From Alphaproteobacteria bacterium MarineAlpha5_Bin5 (GTDB lineage Bacteria; Pseudomonadota; Alphaproteobacteria; HIMB59; GCA-002718135), in the NCBI GenBank assembly GCA_002938205.1, contig PTKZ01000002.1, positions 64,017 to 128,016 of the forward strand: 64,000 nucleotides of DNA, written 5' to 3'. The position numbers and the translations under genes were made by a program. Every line of letters starts with the position of its first letter. The first letter of the stretch is position 1. The notes beneath the pieces are model-generated. The model saw only the letters and a program-made list of their open reading frames with translations, made no database searches and was not told the DNA's origin. Shown one piece after another: positions 43,980 to 54,083 of this stretch.

Positions 43980-44477
43980 ATGTTTGATAATGAAAATAAA
44001 GAATTTAGTGAACACTTAGTAACTATAAATAGAGTAGCAAAAGTTGTTAAAGGTGGAAGGCGTTTTGGCTTTGCAGCTATAATGATTGTTGGAGATAATA
44101 AAGGTAGAGTGGGTTATGGAACTGGTAAAGCAAAAGAAGTTCCAGAAGCCGTTAGAAAAGCTACAGAGAATGCAAAAAATAAAATGATCCGAGTTCATTT
44201 AAAAGATAACAGAACTTTACATCACGACATAGTAGGTCGATTTGGGGCAGGGAAAGTTATATTAAGATCTGCCGCTCCAGGAACGGGTATAATAGCAGGA
44301 GGCGCAATGAGAGCTTTATTTGAATCACTTGGGATAAAGGATGTAGTAGCTAAATCTACAGGGAGTTCTAATCCTCATAATATGTTAAAGGCAACCTTTG
44401 ATGCCTTTAAGAAATCAGAGTCACCTAAATCAATAGCTTCAAAAAGATCAAAAAAAATAAGTGAAGTAAAAATTTAA
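43980..44477 (+). CDS. rpsE: 30S ribosomal protein S5
   Basis: 165 aa ([26 protein letters not shown]). Confidence 0.98.
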   Translation: MFDNENKEFSEHLVTINRVAKVVKGGRRFGFAAIMIVGDNKGRVGYGTGKAKEVPEAVRKATENAKNKMIRVHLKDNRTLHHDIVGRFGAGKVILRSAAPGTGIIAGGAMRALFESLGIKDVVAKSTGSSNPHNMLKATFDAFKKSESPKSIASKRSKKISEVKI

Positions 44478-44516
44478 AGAATGAAAACCATATAGAATAA
44501 CAAACAAATAAAACAT

Positions 44517-44975
44517 ATGAAAATTAATGAATTAAATTCAACTTTAACTTCTAATAAAAAAAGAAAAAGAAGAGGAAGAGGTGCAGGATCTGGTTTGGGC
44601 AAAACATCAGGAAGAGGTGTAAAGGGTCAGAAATCGCGTTCTGGTGTTTCGATAAAAGGTTTTGAAGGGGGTCAAATGCCTTTATATAGAAGATTGCCTA
44701 AGAGAGGTTTTAAAAATCCATTTAAAAAAAAGATACAACAAATTAACTTTACAATTATTTCAAATTTTTTAAAGAAATATAAACTTGATGAAAAAAAATT
44801 AAAAGAATCAGATTTTTTTGAAAAGAAGTTATTAAACAAATCAAAAGGTAGGTTAAAATTACTTAATATAGGTGAAATTAAACAACCAATTAATTTAGAA
44901 ATTTCTTATGCTTCAAAAAATGCAATTGAAAAATTAGAAAAAATTGGTGGTAAAATAATTTTAATTAAAAATTAA
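44517..44975 (+). CDS. rplO: 50S ribosomal protein L15
   Basis: 152 aa ([40 protein letters not shown]). Confidence 0.97.
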   Translation: MKINELNSTLTSNKKRKRRGRGAGSGLGKTSGRGVKGQKSRSGVSIKGFEGGQMPLYRRLPKRGFKNPFKKKIQQINFTIISNFLKKYKLDEKKLKESDFFEKKLLNKSKGRLKLLNIGEIKQPINLEISYASKNAIEKLEKIGGKIILIKN

Positions 44976-44977
44976 TT

Positions 44978-46318
44978 ATGGCAACAGCAGCAGAAAAACT
45001 TGCAGGTAATTTAAATTTTGGAGCTTTGGGTAAAGCAACTGAACTTAGAAACAGACTATTGTTTACTCTAGGAGCTTTAATAGTATTTCGTTTAGGTACC
45101 TTTTTACCTATTCCAGGTATTAACCCAACCTCACTGCAACAGTTTTTTGAACAACAATCATCTGGTATATTAGGAATTTTTGATACTTTTTCGGGTGGTG
45201 CATTAGGCAGAATGGGAATATTTGCATTAGGTGTTATGCCTTATATTTCTGCATCAATCATTATGACTTTGATGCAGTCAAGCATTCCACATTTAAAGAA
45301 TTTAAAAGAGCAAGGTTCTAAAGGAAGAAGGCAAATCATTCAATATTCAAGATATATCACCGTATTAATAGCAGGTTTACAGGGTTATGGTGTTTCAATA
45401 GGCTTAGAATCAATGCAAACAGTTTATGGAAATATTGTTATAGAACCAGGATTATTCTTTAGAATGACCACTGTAATTACATTAGTTGGAGGTACTATTT
45501 TTTTAATGTGGTTAGGAGAGCAAATTAGTTCAAGGGGAGTAGGCAATGGAATTTCTTTAATTATTACTGCAGGTATAGTTGCAAATCTTCCAGGCGCATT
45601 TGTTAGCACTTTAGAGTTAGGTAGAACAGGAGAACTTAGTGTTGCTTTTATATTAGGTATTTTAATTCTAGTACTTGCTTTAATTGTATTTATCGTATTT
45701 GTTGAAAAGGGGCAAAGAAGACTTCCAGTTCAGTACCCTAAAAGACAAGTTGGAAACAAGATTTATGGCGGTCAAAGTTCTCACTTACCATTAAAAATAA
45801 ATACTGCTGGAGTGATACCAGTAATTTTTGCTTCTTCAATATTACTCTTACCAAATACAATGTCTGGTTTTGGCGCTGGTTCATCTAGTGACATTTTTTT
45901 ATTTATATCAAGTTATCTAGGAAGAGGTCAGCCATTATATTTGGCTTTATTTGCAGCAATGATAATTTTCTTTGGGTTTTTTTATACAGGAATAGTTTTT
46001 AATCCAGATGAACAGGCAGAAAATTTAAGAAAATATGGAGGATTTATACCAGGTATACGACCAGGCGAAAATACAGCAAAATATATTGATTATGTTCTTA
46101 TTCGTTTAACAACAATAGGAACAATATATTTAGCATTAGTCGCTTTGTTGCCAGAATTTTTAATATCTAAAACATCAATTCCATTTTATTTAGGTGGTAC
46201 AAGTTTGTTGATTGTTGTTGTAGTAATGATTGATTTCATTACTCAAGTTCAATCACATTTATTTCAACATCAATATGAAGGGCTATTAAAAAAGACAAAA
46301 CTTAAAGGTCGACGATAA
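44978..46318 (+). CDS. secY: Preprotein translocase subunit SecY
   Basis: 446 aa with 10 TM helices (FALGVMPYISASII, WLGEQIS..GVGNGISL). Confidence 0.98.
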   Translation: MATAAEKLAGNLNFGALGKATELRNRLLFTLGALIVFRLGTFLPIPGINPTSLQQFFEQQSSGILGIFDTFSGGALGRMGIFALGVMPYISASIIMTLMQSSIPHLKNLKEQGSKGRRQIIQYSRYITVLIAGLQGYGVSIGLESMQTVYGNIVIEPGLFFRMTTVITLVGGTIFLMWLGEQISSRGVGNGISLIITAGIVANLPGAFVSTLELGRTGELSVAFILGILILVLALIVFIVFVEKGQRRLPVQYPKRQVGNKIYGGQSSHLPLKINTAGVIPVIFASSILLLPNTMSGFGAGSSSDIFLFISSYLGRGQPLYLALFAAMIIFFGFFYTGIVFNPDEQAENLRKYGGFIPGIRPGENTAKYIDYVLIRLTTIGTIYLALVALLPEFLISKTSIPFYLGGTSLLIVVVVMIDFITQVQSHLFQHQYEGLLKKTKLKGRR

Positions 46319-46321
46319 TTA

Positions 46322-46894
46322 ATGAAAATCATTTTTTTTGGCCCCCCAGGGTCGGGAAAGGGTACGCAGGCAAATTTACTTGCAAAAGAATTAAATATAC
46401 CTCATTTATCAACAGGTGATATTTTAAGAGAAAAATTAAAAGAGAATGATAAAATTTCAAATGTTTTAAAGAAAATTCTATCTTCTGGAAATTTGGTGTC
46501 CGATGATATTTTGAATGAAATTGTATCTACAAAACTTTTAAGTTTAGATTGTCAATCAGGATTTATACTTGATGGATATCCAAGAACAATTGCTCAATCA
46601 AATTTTTTAATTTCATTTATTGATAAAAATAAAATTATTTTTGATTTAATTGTTTTTTTTCAATTGGATCAAAATATAATTGAAAACAGAATACTTTCTA
46701 GATCAAAGATTGAAAAAAGATCAGATGATAACCAAGAAGTTGTAAAAACTAGGCTCAATGAATATACTAAAGAAACAGAACCTATTATAGATATATATAA
46801 GATGAAATTCCCTCAAATATTTATGGAGATTAATGCAGATCAAGAAATTTCAAAAATCCAATTTGAGATCAGCAAAAAAGTTAAAAAATGCTAA
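46322..46894 (+). CDS. adk: Adenylate kinase (short-LID form)
   Basis: 190 aa with P-loop GPPGSGKGTQ and GFILDGYPRT. The LID segment is short (RILSRSKIEKRSDDN) and lacks a Cys4/long insert. Confidence 0.93.
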   Translation: MKIIFFGPPGSGKGTQANLLAKELNIPHLSTGDILREKLKENDKISNVLKKILSSGNLVSDDILNEIVSTKLLSLDCQSGFILDGYPRTIAQSNFLISFIDKNKIIFDLIVFFQLDQNIIENRILSRSKIEKRSDDNQEVVKTRLNEYTKETEPIIDIYKMKFPQIFMEINADQEISKIQFEISKKVKKC

Positions 46895-46922
46895 ATTTTA
46901 GACGTAAATTACCAGATCAGAG

Positions 46923-46952
46923 CTTGACTTTATTGTCAATCATAATGTATTC
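46923..46952 (+). promoter_or_regulatory. Candidate promoter of the rpsM-rpsK-rpoA-rplQ operon
   Basis: TTGACT at 46924-46929 inside the same 14-mer CTTGACTTTATTGT seen upstream of rpsL. The -10 candidates (TAATGT/TGTATT) are imperfect. Confidence 0.3.
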
Positions 46953-46987
46953 ACCCTCATTCATTTTTTATATTTGGGCTCAATAAA

Positions 46988-47368
46988 ATGGCAAGGATTT
47001 CTGGCGTTAATATACCGACTAATAAAAGAATACATATTGCATTAACTTATATTTATGGAATTGGACCTAAAATTGCGAGTGATATATGTAATAAAGCTTC
47101 TATTGAAACAACTAAAAGAGTGAGTGAATTAAATGATGATGAGTTAAATAAAATTAGAGAACTTATAGATAAGCAACATGTAGTTGAAGGAGATTTAAGA
47201 AGAAAAGTATCCCTGGACATAAAAAGATTGAATGACTTAGGTTGTTATAGAGGTTTGAGACATAGGAAGAAATTACCAGTAAGAGGACAAAGAACTCATA
47301 CTAATGCTAGAACACGTAAAGGAAAAGCTGTCGCCATTGCTGGAAAGAAAAAAGTTACAAAAGGTTAA
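46988..47368 (+). CDS. rpsM: 30S ribosomal protein S13
   Basis: 126 aa ([27 protein letters not shown]). Confidence 0.98.
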   Translation: MARISGVNIPTNKRIHIALTYIYGIGPKIASDICNKASIETTKRVSELNDDELNKIRELIDKQHVVEGDLRRKVSLDIKRLNDLGCYRGLRHRKKLPVRGQRTHTNARTRKGKAVAIAGKKKVTKG

Positions 47369-47371
47369 TTT

Positions 47372-47758
47372 ATGGCTGAAAAGAAAAAAACTAAATCAAA
47401 AATCAAAAAAAAAATTTCTTCTGGTGTAGCGCATGTTGTGTCCTCTTTTAATAATACAATAATTACAATAACAGATGAAAATGGTAATGCTTTAGCATGG
47501 TCTTCGGCTGGTCATAAAGGATTCAAAGGATCAAGAAAATCAACTCCTTATGCTGCTCAAATTGCTGCTGAGGATGTAGGAAACAAAGCAAAAGAGTTTG
47601 GATTAAAATCTCTTAGAGTAGAGATTTCTGGACCTGGTTCTGGAAGAGAGTCTGCATTAAGATCTCTTCAAGCTATTGGTTATATAATTACGTCAATCAA
47701 GGACGTTACTCCAATACCACATAATGGATGCAGACCTAGAAAAAGAAGAAGAGTTTAA
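47372..47758 (+). CDS. rpsK: 30S ribosomal protein S11
   Basis: 128 aa ([38 protein letters not shown]). Confidence 0.98.
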   Translation: MAEKKKTKSKIKKKISSGVAHVVSSFNNTIITITDENGNALAWSSAGHKGFKGSRKSTPYAAQIAAEDVGNKAKEFGLKSLRVEISGPGSGRESALRSLQAIGYIITSIKDVTPIPHNGCRPRKRRRV

Positions 47759-47778
47759 ATAATAATAAGGAGAGTCTA

Positions 47779-48801
47779 GTGTTACAAAAAAATTGGATGG
47801 AACTAATTAAACCTAGTAAAATGGATGTAAACGTAAAAGATAATGATGGAAAAAAAGGAGTATTAATAGCAGAGCCTTTAGAAAGAGGTTTTGGTTTGAC
47901 ACTAGGTAACTCTATTCGAAGAATTTTATTATCATCTTTGCAAGGAGCAGCAATTACCTCAGTCAAAATCAAAGGTGTTGTTCATGAATTTACAACCATA
48001 CCTGGTGTGAAGGAAGATTTAACTGATATATTACTTAATTTAAAAGGAGTTGCAGTAAAAGTTCATTCTCCAGGATTAAAAAAAATGTATATTAAGTCAT
48101 CAGGATCAGGAGAAATAAGAGCTGGAAACTTTGAAACTGATTCAGAGACAGAAATCATGAATCCTGATCAAATTATTATGACATTGGATTCAAATTCAGA
48201 TGTTGAAATAGAGGCTAATATTGAAACAGGAAAGGGTTATGTTCCCGCAGACGTTGCTGAAGATGAAAATAAGATAATTGGGGAAATAAAATTGGATGCC
48301 ATGTTTAGCCCTGTTGTAAGAGCTTCCTATAAAGTAGAAAATAGTAGAGTAGGTCAAGTTACAGATTACGATAAATTGATTTTTGAAGTTGAGACAAATG
48401 GTGTTATTTCACCAGATGATGCAATAGCACTAGCGGCAAGAATTTTGCAAGATCAACTTCAGCCATTCATCAATTTTGATGAACCAGAAATTCAACCAGA
48501 TCAATCTTCATCTGAAAAATTATCTTTCAACTCGAATCTTCTTAAAAAAGTTGAAGAATTAGAACTTTCAGTTCGATCAGCGAATTGTCTCAAAAATGAT
48601 AATATAATTTATATAGGTGATTTAGTTCAAAAATCTGAATCAGAAATGTTAAGAACACCCAATTTTGGAAGAAAATCTTTAAATGAAATTAAGGAAGTTC
48701 TCCAGCAAATGGAATTAAATTTAGGAATGTCAGTGCCAGATTGGCCACCTGAAAATATTGATGAATTGGCTAAAAAGTATGAGGATCCATTTAACAAATA
48801 A
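47779..48801 (+). CDS. rpoA: DNA-directed RNA polymerase subunit alpha
   Basis: 340 aa with a GTG start, an N-terminal assembly domain ([17 protein letters not shown]) and a C-terminal domain ([25 protein letters not shown]). Confidence 0.98.
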   Translation: MLQKNWMELIKPSKMDVNVKDNDGKKGVLIAEPLERGFGLTLGNSIRRILLSSLQGAAITSVKIKGVVHEFTTIPGVKEDLTDILLNLKGVAVKVHSPGLKKMYIKSSGSGEIRAGNFETDSETEIMNPDQIIMTLDSNSDVEIEANIETGKGYVPADVAEDENKIIGEIKLDAMFSPVVRASYKVENSRVGQVTDYDKLIFEVETNGVISPDDAIALAARILQDQLQPFINFDEPEIQPDQSSSEKLSFNSNLLKKVEELELSVRSANCLKNDNIIYIGDLVQKSESEMLRTPNFGRKSLNEIKEVLQQMELNLGMSVPDWPPENIDELAKKYEDPFNK

Positions 48802-48806
48802 ACATA

Positions 48807-49232
48807 ATGAAACATAATATTACACATAGAAAGTTAAATAGAACGTCGTCTCATAGAAAGGCTTTACTTATGAATTTGTCAAATGCTTTGATAAAACATG
48901 AGCAAATTACTACTACTCTTATAAAAGCAAAAGAACTTAGACCATTTGTTGAAAAAATTGTAACGTTAGGTAAAAAAGGTGATCTGCAATCTAGAAGAAA
49001 GGCGATTTCGATTCTTCAAGATGAAAAAATGACAAATAAAATATTCGATACTTTTGCTAAACGTTATAAAGATAGAATAGGTGGATATACAAGAATAATT
49101 AAAATTGGAAATCGTTATGGAGACAATGCACCGACCGCTGTAATTGAGTTTGTAGACAGAGATGAAAACGCCAAAGGTTTGGATAGCGGACCCATAATTG
49201 AAAAAAAACCAATTGAAGAACAAGAAGAATAA
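48807..49232 (+). CDS. rplQ: 50S ribosomal protein L17
   Basis: 141 aa ([36 protein letters not shown]). Confidence 0.97.
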   Translation: MKHNITHRKLNRTSSHRKALLMNLSNALIKHEQITTTLIKAKELRPFVEKIVTLGKKGDLQSRRKAISILQDEKMTNKIFDTFAKRYKDRIGGYTRIIKIGNRYGDNAPTAVIEFVDRDENAKGLDSGPIIEKKPIEEQEE

Positions 49233-49235
49233 AAT

Positions 49236-49424
49236 TTGAATAGTTTTTTTTTAGTGGCAGCAGGCAAAGCCCTTGGTGAATCTTTAAGATTTGTATTTGG
49301 TCTATTTTTTAAAAATTACATATTTTTAAGCACATTATTTTTAAATATTTTAACATCTATTTATATTTTTTTATCTTTAATTTTATGTTTATTATTTATC
49401 TTTTTAGGCTTTAACATTAATTAA
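49236..49424 (+). CDS. Small hydrophobic ORF resembling the N-terminal half of CrcB/Fluc; possible gene remnant
   Basis: 62 aa with a TTG start 3 nt after the rplQ stop and two predicted TM helices. AAGKALGESLRF and STLFLNILTSIYIF recall the GG.lGa.lRy and gTl.vN..Gsf motifs of CrcB TM1/TM2. The second half of a normal ~125-aa CrcB is absent. Confidence 0.3.
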   Translation: MNSFFLVAAGKALGESLRFVFGLFFKNYIFLSTLFLNILTSIYIFLSLILCLLFIFLGFNIN

Positions 49425-49432
49425 ATTTTAAA

Positions 49433-50347
49433 TTGATTAAAAAAATAAAAGTTAAAAAATCTCAAGAAAATATAAGATTAGATAAATGGTTGAAATTAAA
49501 CTTTTCATCATTAACTCAAAGTTTTATTGAAAAAAATTTAAGAAAAAAAAATATATTATTAAATGGAAAAGTAGTTATATCTAAATTCAAGGTTGCTTTT
49601 AATGATGAAGTATTAATTTATAACTATAATAGTGAAAATTATAGACATCATCCCAAAGTAAAAAAAATTATCAACATTCCATCAAAGATTAATTATTTGT
49701 ATGAATCATCGATAATTCAGAACAATAATAATTTTTTTATTATCGATAAATGGTCAGGAATTTCAACTCAAGGCGGTAGTAAAATTAATATTTCAATTGA
49801 CAGTATAATCAAAAATAAATCCACTAATTTTAATTTAGTTCACAGATTAGATAAAGATACATCTGGACTTTTGATTGTAGCAAAAAATTTAGAGTACACA
49901 AAAATATTTGGAAATTTATTTAAATCTCAAGAGATTATGAAAATATATTTTGCTTTGTGTCAAGGTAAACCAAATTCATCAGAATCATTTGTAGAACTAG
50001 ATGTTCCTTCTAAAGAAAATAAGAAAATAGCAATACAAACTCAGACTTATTTTAAATTATTAAATTATAAAAATGGTATATCACAACTTCTTTTTATCCC
50101 TAAAACTGGCAAAACCCATCAACTAAGAATAGTTTCAAAAAGTTTAGGTTGTCCAATTATTGGCGATAGAAAATATAATCATAGTGAGATTTTTAGTAAT
50201 GAGGAATTAAAATTAAATGCACATATTCTTAAATTTCAAATTAAATCAAAGAAATTTAATTTTCAATCAACTATACCAGAACATTTTATTAAATTAATAA
50301 AAAAAAATAATTTAAAAAATTTTAATAATCTCAACTTTGATTTATAA
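49433..50347 (+). CDS. Pseudouridine synthase, RluA family (RluC-like)
   Basis: 304 aa with a TTG start, an S4-like N-terminus (IRLDKWLKLNF), catalytic HRLDKDTSGLLIVAKN and GKTHQLR. Confidence 0.8.
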   Translation: MIKKIKVKKSQENIRLDKWLKLNFSSLTQSFIEKNLRKKNILLNGKVVISKFKVAFNDEVLIYNYNSENYRHHPKVKKIINIPSKINYLYESSIIQNNNNFFIIDKWSGISTQGGSKINISIDSIIKNKSTNFNLVHRLDKDTSGLLIVAKNLEYTKIFGNLFKSQEIMKIYFALCQGKPNSSESFVELDVPSKENKKIAIQTQTYFKLLNYKNGISQLLFIPKTGKTHQLRIVSKSLGCPIIGDRKYNHSEIFSNEELKLNAHILKFQIKSKKFNFQSTIPEHFIKLIKKNNLKNFNNLNFDL

Positions 50348-50989
50348 TTTTTTTAAATTATTTTTAAATTTGATTAAATATTTTTTATCAAATTCATCAG
50401 ACGAAATATTTACACCAAGTTCTTTAAGAGAAGTATTTTTATATTCTGATAATCCACAAGAATGGATAAAATTGTAATATTTCATGTTAGGATTTATATT
50501 AAAACTTAATCCATGATATGTTATCCATTTTTGCAATCTTAATCCTATTGCACCAATTTTTTCTTCTTTTTTTAGAACTTTGCCTTGATTTTTTGTTACC
50601 CAAATACCTACTCTATCTTTAAACGTTGTAGATTCAATATTATAATTTTTTAAAAATTGAATTAAAGATATTTCAATTAAAGAAATAAATTTTCTTATAT
50701 CTTTTTTCCTTTTATTTAAATCTATCATAAAATAAACAATTCTTTGTCCTGGCCCATGATAGGTTGTTTTGCCTCCTCTGTTGGTTTTTAAAATTGGTAA
50801 AATATTTTTTTTAATAATTTCTTTATTGGAACTATTAGTACCTTGTGTATATATGTGATCGTGATTCAAAAACCATATTAATTCTTTTTGAGAATTTTTT
50901 AATATTTCATTTACTCTTATTTGCATACTGTTTACAGCAGTTTCATAATCTATAGATTTATTTGTTTTAACTACTTCTATACTATTCAT
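50342..50989 (-). CDS. lipB: Octanoyltransferase (lipoate-protein ligase B)
   Basis: 215 aa (RGGKTTYHGPGQRIVY, KIGAIGLR, HGLSFNI). Confidence 0.87.
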   Translation of the reverse strand: MNSIEVVKTNKSIDYETAVNSMQIRVNEILKNSQKELIWFLNHDHIYTQGTNSSNKEIIKKNILPILKTNRGGKTTYHGPGQRIVYFMIDLNKRKKDIRKFISLIEISLIQFLKNYNIESTTFKDRVGIWVTKNQGKVLKKEEKIGAIGLRLQKWITYHGLSFNINPNMKYYNFIHSCGLSEYKNTSLKELGVNISSDEFDKKYLIKFKNNLKKL

Positions 50990-51048
50990 ACGTTCTATAA
51001 GATTTGTTGCTAATAATATCCTATCTGATATTTAATTCTATAAAATTA

Positions 51049-51135
51049 GCGGCTGTGGCGGAATTGGTATACGCGCAGCGTTGAGGTCGCTGTGGGATTT
51101 ATCCTGTGGAAGTTCAAATCTTCTCAGCCGCACCA
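51049..51135 (+). tRNA. tRNA-Leu (anticodon GAG)
   Basis: 87 nt. Acceptor GCGGCTG/CAGCCGC, anticodon stem CAGCG/CGCTG with loop TTGAGGT, long variable arm, T-loop TTCAAAT, encoded CCA. Confidence 0.9.
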
Positions 51136-51142
51136 TAAAATT

Positions 51143-52525
51143 ATGACTGAAATTAATAAAGAAACATTATCTAATACTGAATATGAATTTTCGCGAGATG
51201 AATCTATTCTCAAGATTGTAAAATATATTGATAATAATGATCAAACAAAATTAAATATTTACATCAGTGAACTTCATAATGCCGACATAGCAGATATTTT
51301 ACAAAATCTTGATCCAGACTTAAGAACAACCCTTGTTAAAAATATTAGTATCAATTTTGATCCAGAGATATTGACCTATCTTAATGATAGTCTTCGAGAT
51401 GAATTAGTTGAAATATTAGATATTAAACAATTAGCATCAAATGCTAAAACGATGGATGTAGATGATGCTTTGGACATTGTTGAAGATTTAGAAGATTCAG
51501 ATCAGGTAACTTTTTTAGAAAATATTGAAGAAGAAGATAGGAAACTAATCCAGGAAGGATTGAAATACCCTGAAGATTCAGCGGGAAGGCTAATGCAAAG
51601 AAATGTTGTAGCTCTAGACAATCAATGGAATGTAGGTCAAGCTATTGATTACTTAAGAACTAATAAAAAAACATTACCAGAGGATTTTTATGAAATATAT
51701 TTGATTAATAGATCGAATAAAGTGCTTGGAACTGTTCCATTGGGTAGACTTATGGGCTCCAAAAGAGAGATAAAATTAAATGAAATAAAAAATTCAAAAA
51801 TTAGAACTATTGAAGCAAAAATGGATCAAGAAGAAGTTGCGTATTTATTTAATAAGTATGGTTTAGTTAGTGCTCCGGTAATAGATGAAAATAAAATATT
51901 ATTAGGCTCAATTACAGTAGATGATGTAGTTGAGGTTATTGAAGAAGAAAGAGAAGAAGATATTTTAAAATTAGGAGGTGTAGGACAAACTGATTTATAC
52001 AATGCAGTTATAGATACAACCAAATCTCGTTTTTCTTGGTTATTTTTAAATCTTTTAACAGCTCTAGTAGCTTCTATTGTTATCGGACTATTTCAAGCAT
52101 CTATCGAAAAAGTTGTAGCATTAGCAGTTTTAATGCCAATAGTTGCCTCAATGGGAGGTAACGCAGGAACCCAAACCTTAACAGTAGCCGTTAGAGCTCT
52201 TGCAGTTAAAGAACTTACACCTTCAAATGCAATAAAAATAGTTTTCAAGGAAACCTTTATTGGCAGTATTAATGGAATTATTTTTGCAATTATTATTTCA
52301 TTGGTATCAATTTATTGGTTTGAAAATACATTACTAGGTTTAATTATTGGTTTAGCAATGATTATAAATTTAGTTGTTGCTGGTTTTGCTGGTATAATAA
52401 TACCCTTAACATTAGTCAAAATCAAAATTGATCCAGCACTTGCGTCAGGAGTTATATTAACAACAATAACTGATGTTCTTGGATTTCTTTCATTTCTAGG
52501 TTTGGCAACCTTGTTTTTGATTTAA
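51143..52525 (+). CDS. mgtE: Magnesium transporter MgtE
   Basis: About 460 aa with an N-domain, tandem CBS region and a TM domain carrying MPIVASMGGNAGTQ. Start moved to the ATG at 51143 (MTEINKE) because the tracked 51092 start lies inside tRNA-Leu. Confidence 0.9.
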   Translation: MTEINKETLSNTEYEFSRDESILKIVKYIDNNDQTKLNIYISELHNADIADILQNLDPDLRTTLVKNISINFDPEILTYLNDSLRDELVEILDIKQLASNAKTMDVDDALDIVEDLEDSDQVTFLENIEEEDRKLIQEGLKYPEDSAGRLMQRNVVALDNQWNVGQAIDYLRTNKKTLPEDFYEIYLINRSNKVLGTVPLGRLMGSKREIKLNEIKNSKIRTIEAKMDQEEVAYLFNKYGLVSAPVIDENKILLGSITVDDVVEVIEEEREEDILKLGGVGQTDLYNAVIDTTKSRFSWLFLNLLTALVASIVIGLFQASIEKVVALAVLMPIVASMGGNAGTQTLTVAVRALAVKELTPSNAIKIVFKETFIGSINGIIFAIIISLVSIYWFENTLLGLIIGLAMIINLVVAGFAGIIIPLTLVKIKIDPALASGVILTTITDVLGFLSFLGLATLFLI

Positions 52526-52619
52526 TATAATAAAATAATGCTAAAATTGAAAAGATTTTTGTGATAAACTTGAAGCAAATTACAATATAGTTTAATTATT
52601 TTTTTTAAAGGAAGATAAA

Positions 52620-53189
52620 ATGAATAAAAATAGAATCTTAATTAATGAGATAAAAAATTTTAATGGAATAAACTCTGCTTATTTAAATGTAGCACTTGTT
52701 TTAATTGGCACTTTGTTACTTGCAATTTCTGCAAAAGTTCAGGTACCATTTTGGCCTGTTCCAATGACAATGCAAACTTTTGTAGTATTTTTAATTGGAA
52801 CAACCTATAGTATTCGATTATCTTTTATAACTCTTATTATATATTTATTTGAAGGTGCGCTAGGTTTACCTGTATTTGCTTCAGGTGGAGGCATAGCTTA
52901 TTTAAGTGGTCCAACTGCAGGATATTTATATGGTATGACTATAAGTGCTGTATTAATAAGTTATCTAGCTAACAAAGGTTTTACTTTAACTTATGTTAAA
53001 ACAATAATTACACTTTTAGTTGCTTCAATTATTATATTTGCTTTTGGAATTATATATTTAGGATCAATTATTGGTTACGAAAAGGCTATTCAAGTCGGAT
53101 TACTACCATTTATTCCAAGTGAAATATTTAAAATTGCTTTAGCTGTAGCTATTATTCCAACTTTACATAATTTTGTAAAAAATAAATAG
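52620..53189 (+). CDS. bioY: Biotin transporter BioY
   Basis: 189 aa with 6 TM helices and a BioY-type motif (VPFWPVPMTMQTFVVFLIG, GPTAGYLYG). Confidence 0.8.
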   Translation: MNKNRILINEIKNFNGINSAYLNVALVLIGTLLLAISAKVQVPFWPVPMTMQTFVVFLIGTTYSIRLSFITLIIYLFEGALGLPVFASGGGIAYLSGPTAGYLYGMTISAVLISYLANKGFTLTYVKTIITLLVASIIIFAFGIIYLGSIIGYEKAIQVGLLPFIPSEIFKIALAVAIIPTLHNFVKNK

Positions 53190-53192
53190 TTC

Positions 53193-54083
53193 ATGAAGAT
53201 TGGAATCGATCTTGGTGGAACCAAGACTGAAGGTATACTAATTGATGATGATGGCAAAGAATTAACAAGAGATAGAATTAAAACTGAAAAAAATTACGAG
53301 GGTACAATTAAAGGCATTGTATCAATTGTAAAAGAATTTGAAAAAAAATTCGGTAATTCCACCTCAGTAGGAATAGGGATGCCTGGTGCAATTTCAACTG
53401 ATTCTGCATTGGTTAAGAATGCTAATTCTATATGGTTGAATGAACAGCCATTAAAAAAAGATCTTCAAATAGCACTTGATAGAAAGATAAATCTTGAAAA
53501 TGATGCTAACTGTTTTACATTATCTGAAGCTGTGGATGGAGCAGGAAAAGAACATTCAGTTGTATTTGGAGTTATAATAGGAACAGGTACTGGAGGAGGT
53601 ATAGTTGTTAATAATAAAGTTTTGAGAGGAAAAAATAATATAGCTGGAGAGTGGGGACATATTGGTTTGCCCAATAGAACTGATAATGAAAAGAAATATG
53701 TAAAAAAATGTTATTGTGGAAAAGATGGTTGCATGGAAACATATGTTTCAGGACCAGGTTTTGCTAGTGTTTTTAATTTAACATATAACACTCAGCATGA
53801 TTCTCATAAAATACTAGATGATTTAATAAATGAAGATAAAAATGCAATTAAAGCTTTTGATCAATATGTGGATCATTTAGCTAGAGGTTTATCTTTGGTT
53901 TGTAATGTTTTGGATCCAGATATAATTGTATTAGGCGGCGGTATGTCAAATATTTCTTATATCTATGAAAATATAGATGAATCTTTAAAGAAATATATTT
54001 TTAGTGATACCTTTGATACTAAAATTGTAAAAAACTTTCATGGAGATTCAAGCGGAGTAAGAGGAGCAGCTTGGCTATCTTAA
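53193..54083 (+). CDS. ROK-family sugar kinase (NagK/Mak-like)
   Basis: 296 aa (GIDLGGTKTE, ENDANCFTLSE, GTGTGGG). Zinc motif GEWGH ... CYCGKDGCMETYVSG. Sugar specificity not determinable from sequence. Confidence 0.8.
   Translation: MKIGIDLGGTKTEGILIDDDGKELTRDRIKTEKNYEGTIKGIVSIVKEFEKKFGNSTSVGIGMPGAISTDSALVKNANSIWLNEQPLKKDLQIALDRKINLENDANCFTLSEAVDGAGKEHSVVFGVIIGTGTGGGIVVNNKVLRGKNNIAGEWGHIGLPNRTDNEKKYVKKCYCGKDGCMETYVSGPGFASVFNLTYNTQHDSHKILDDLINEDKNAIKAFDQYVDHLARGLSLVCNVLDPDIIVLGGGMSNISYIYENIDESLKKYIFSDTFDTKIVKNFHGDSSGVRGAAWLS

Noticed and set aside
51092-51142. N-terminal extension of the mgtE ORF (MGFILWKFKSSQPHHKI)
   Set aside because: These codons lie inside tRNA-Leu(GAG) (51049-51135). 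The ATG at 51143 gives a normal MgtE N-terminus.
51136-51142. M-box (Mg2+) riboswitch ahead of mgtE. Likewise a fluoride riboswitch ahead of the CrcB-like ORF (49233-49235).
   Set aside because: Only 7 nt and 3 nt of non-coding sequence are available.
52526-52619. Possible biotin-responsive operator (BirA/BioR) upstream of bioY
   Set aside because: The 94-nt spacer is almost pure A/T. I could not find a convincing palindrome matching the BioR-type TTATMKATAA or BirA-type sites, so there is not enough evidence to call one.
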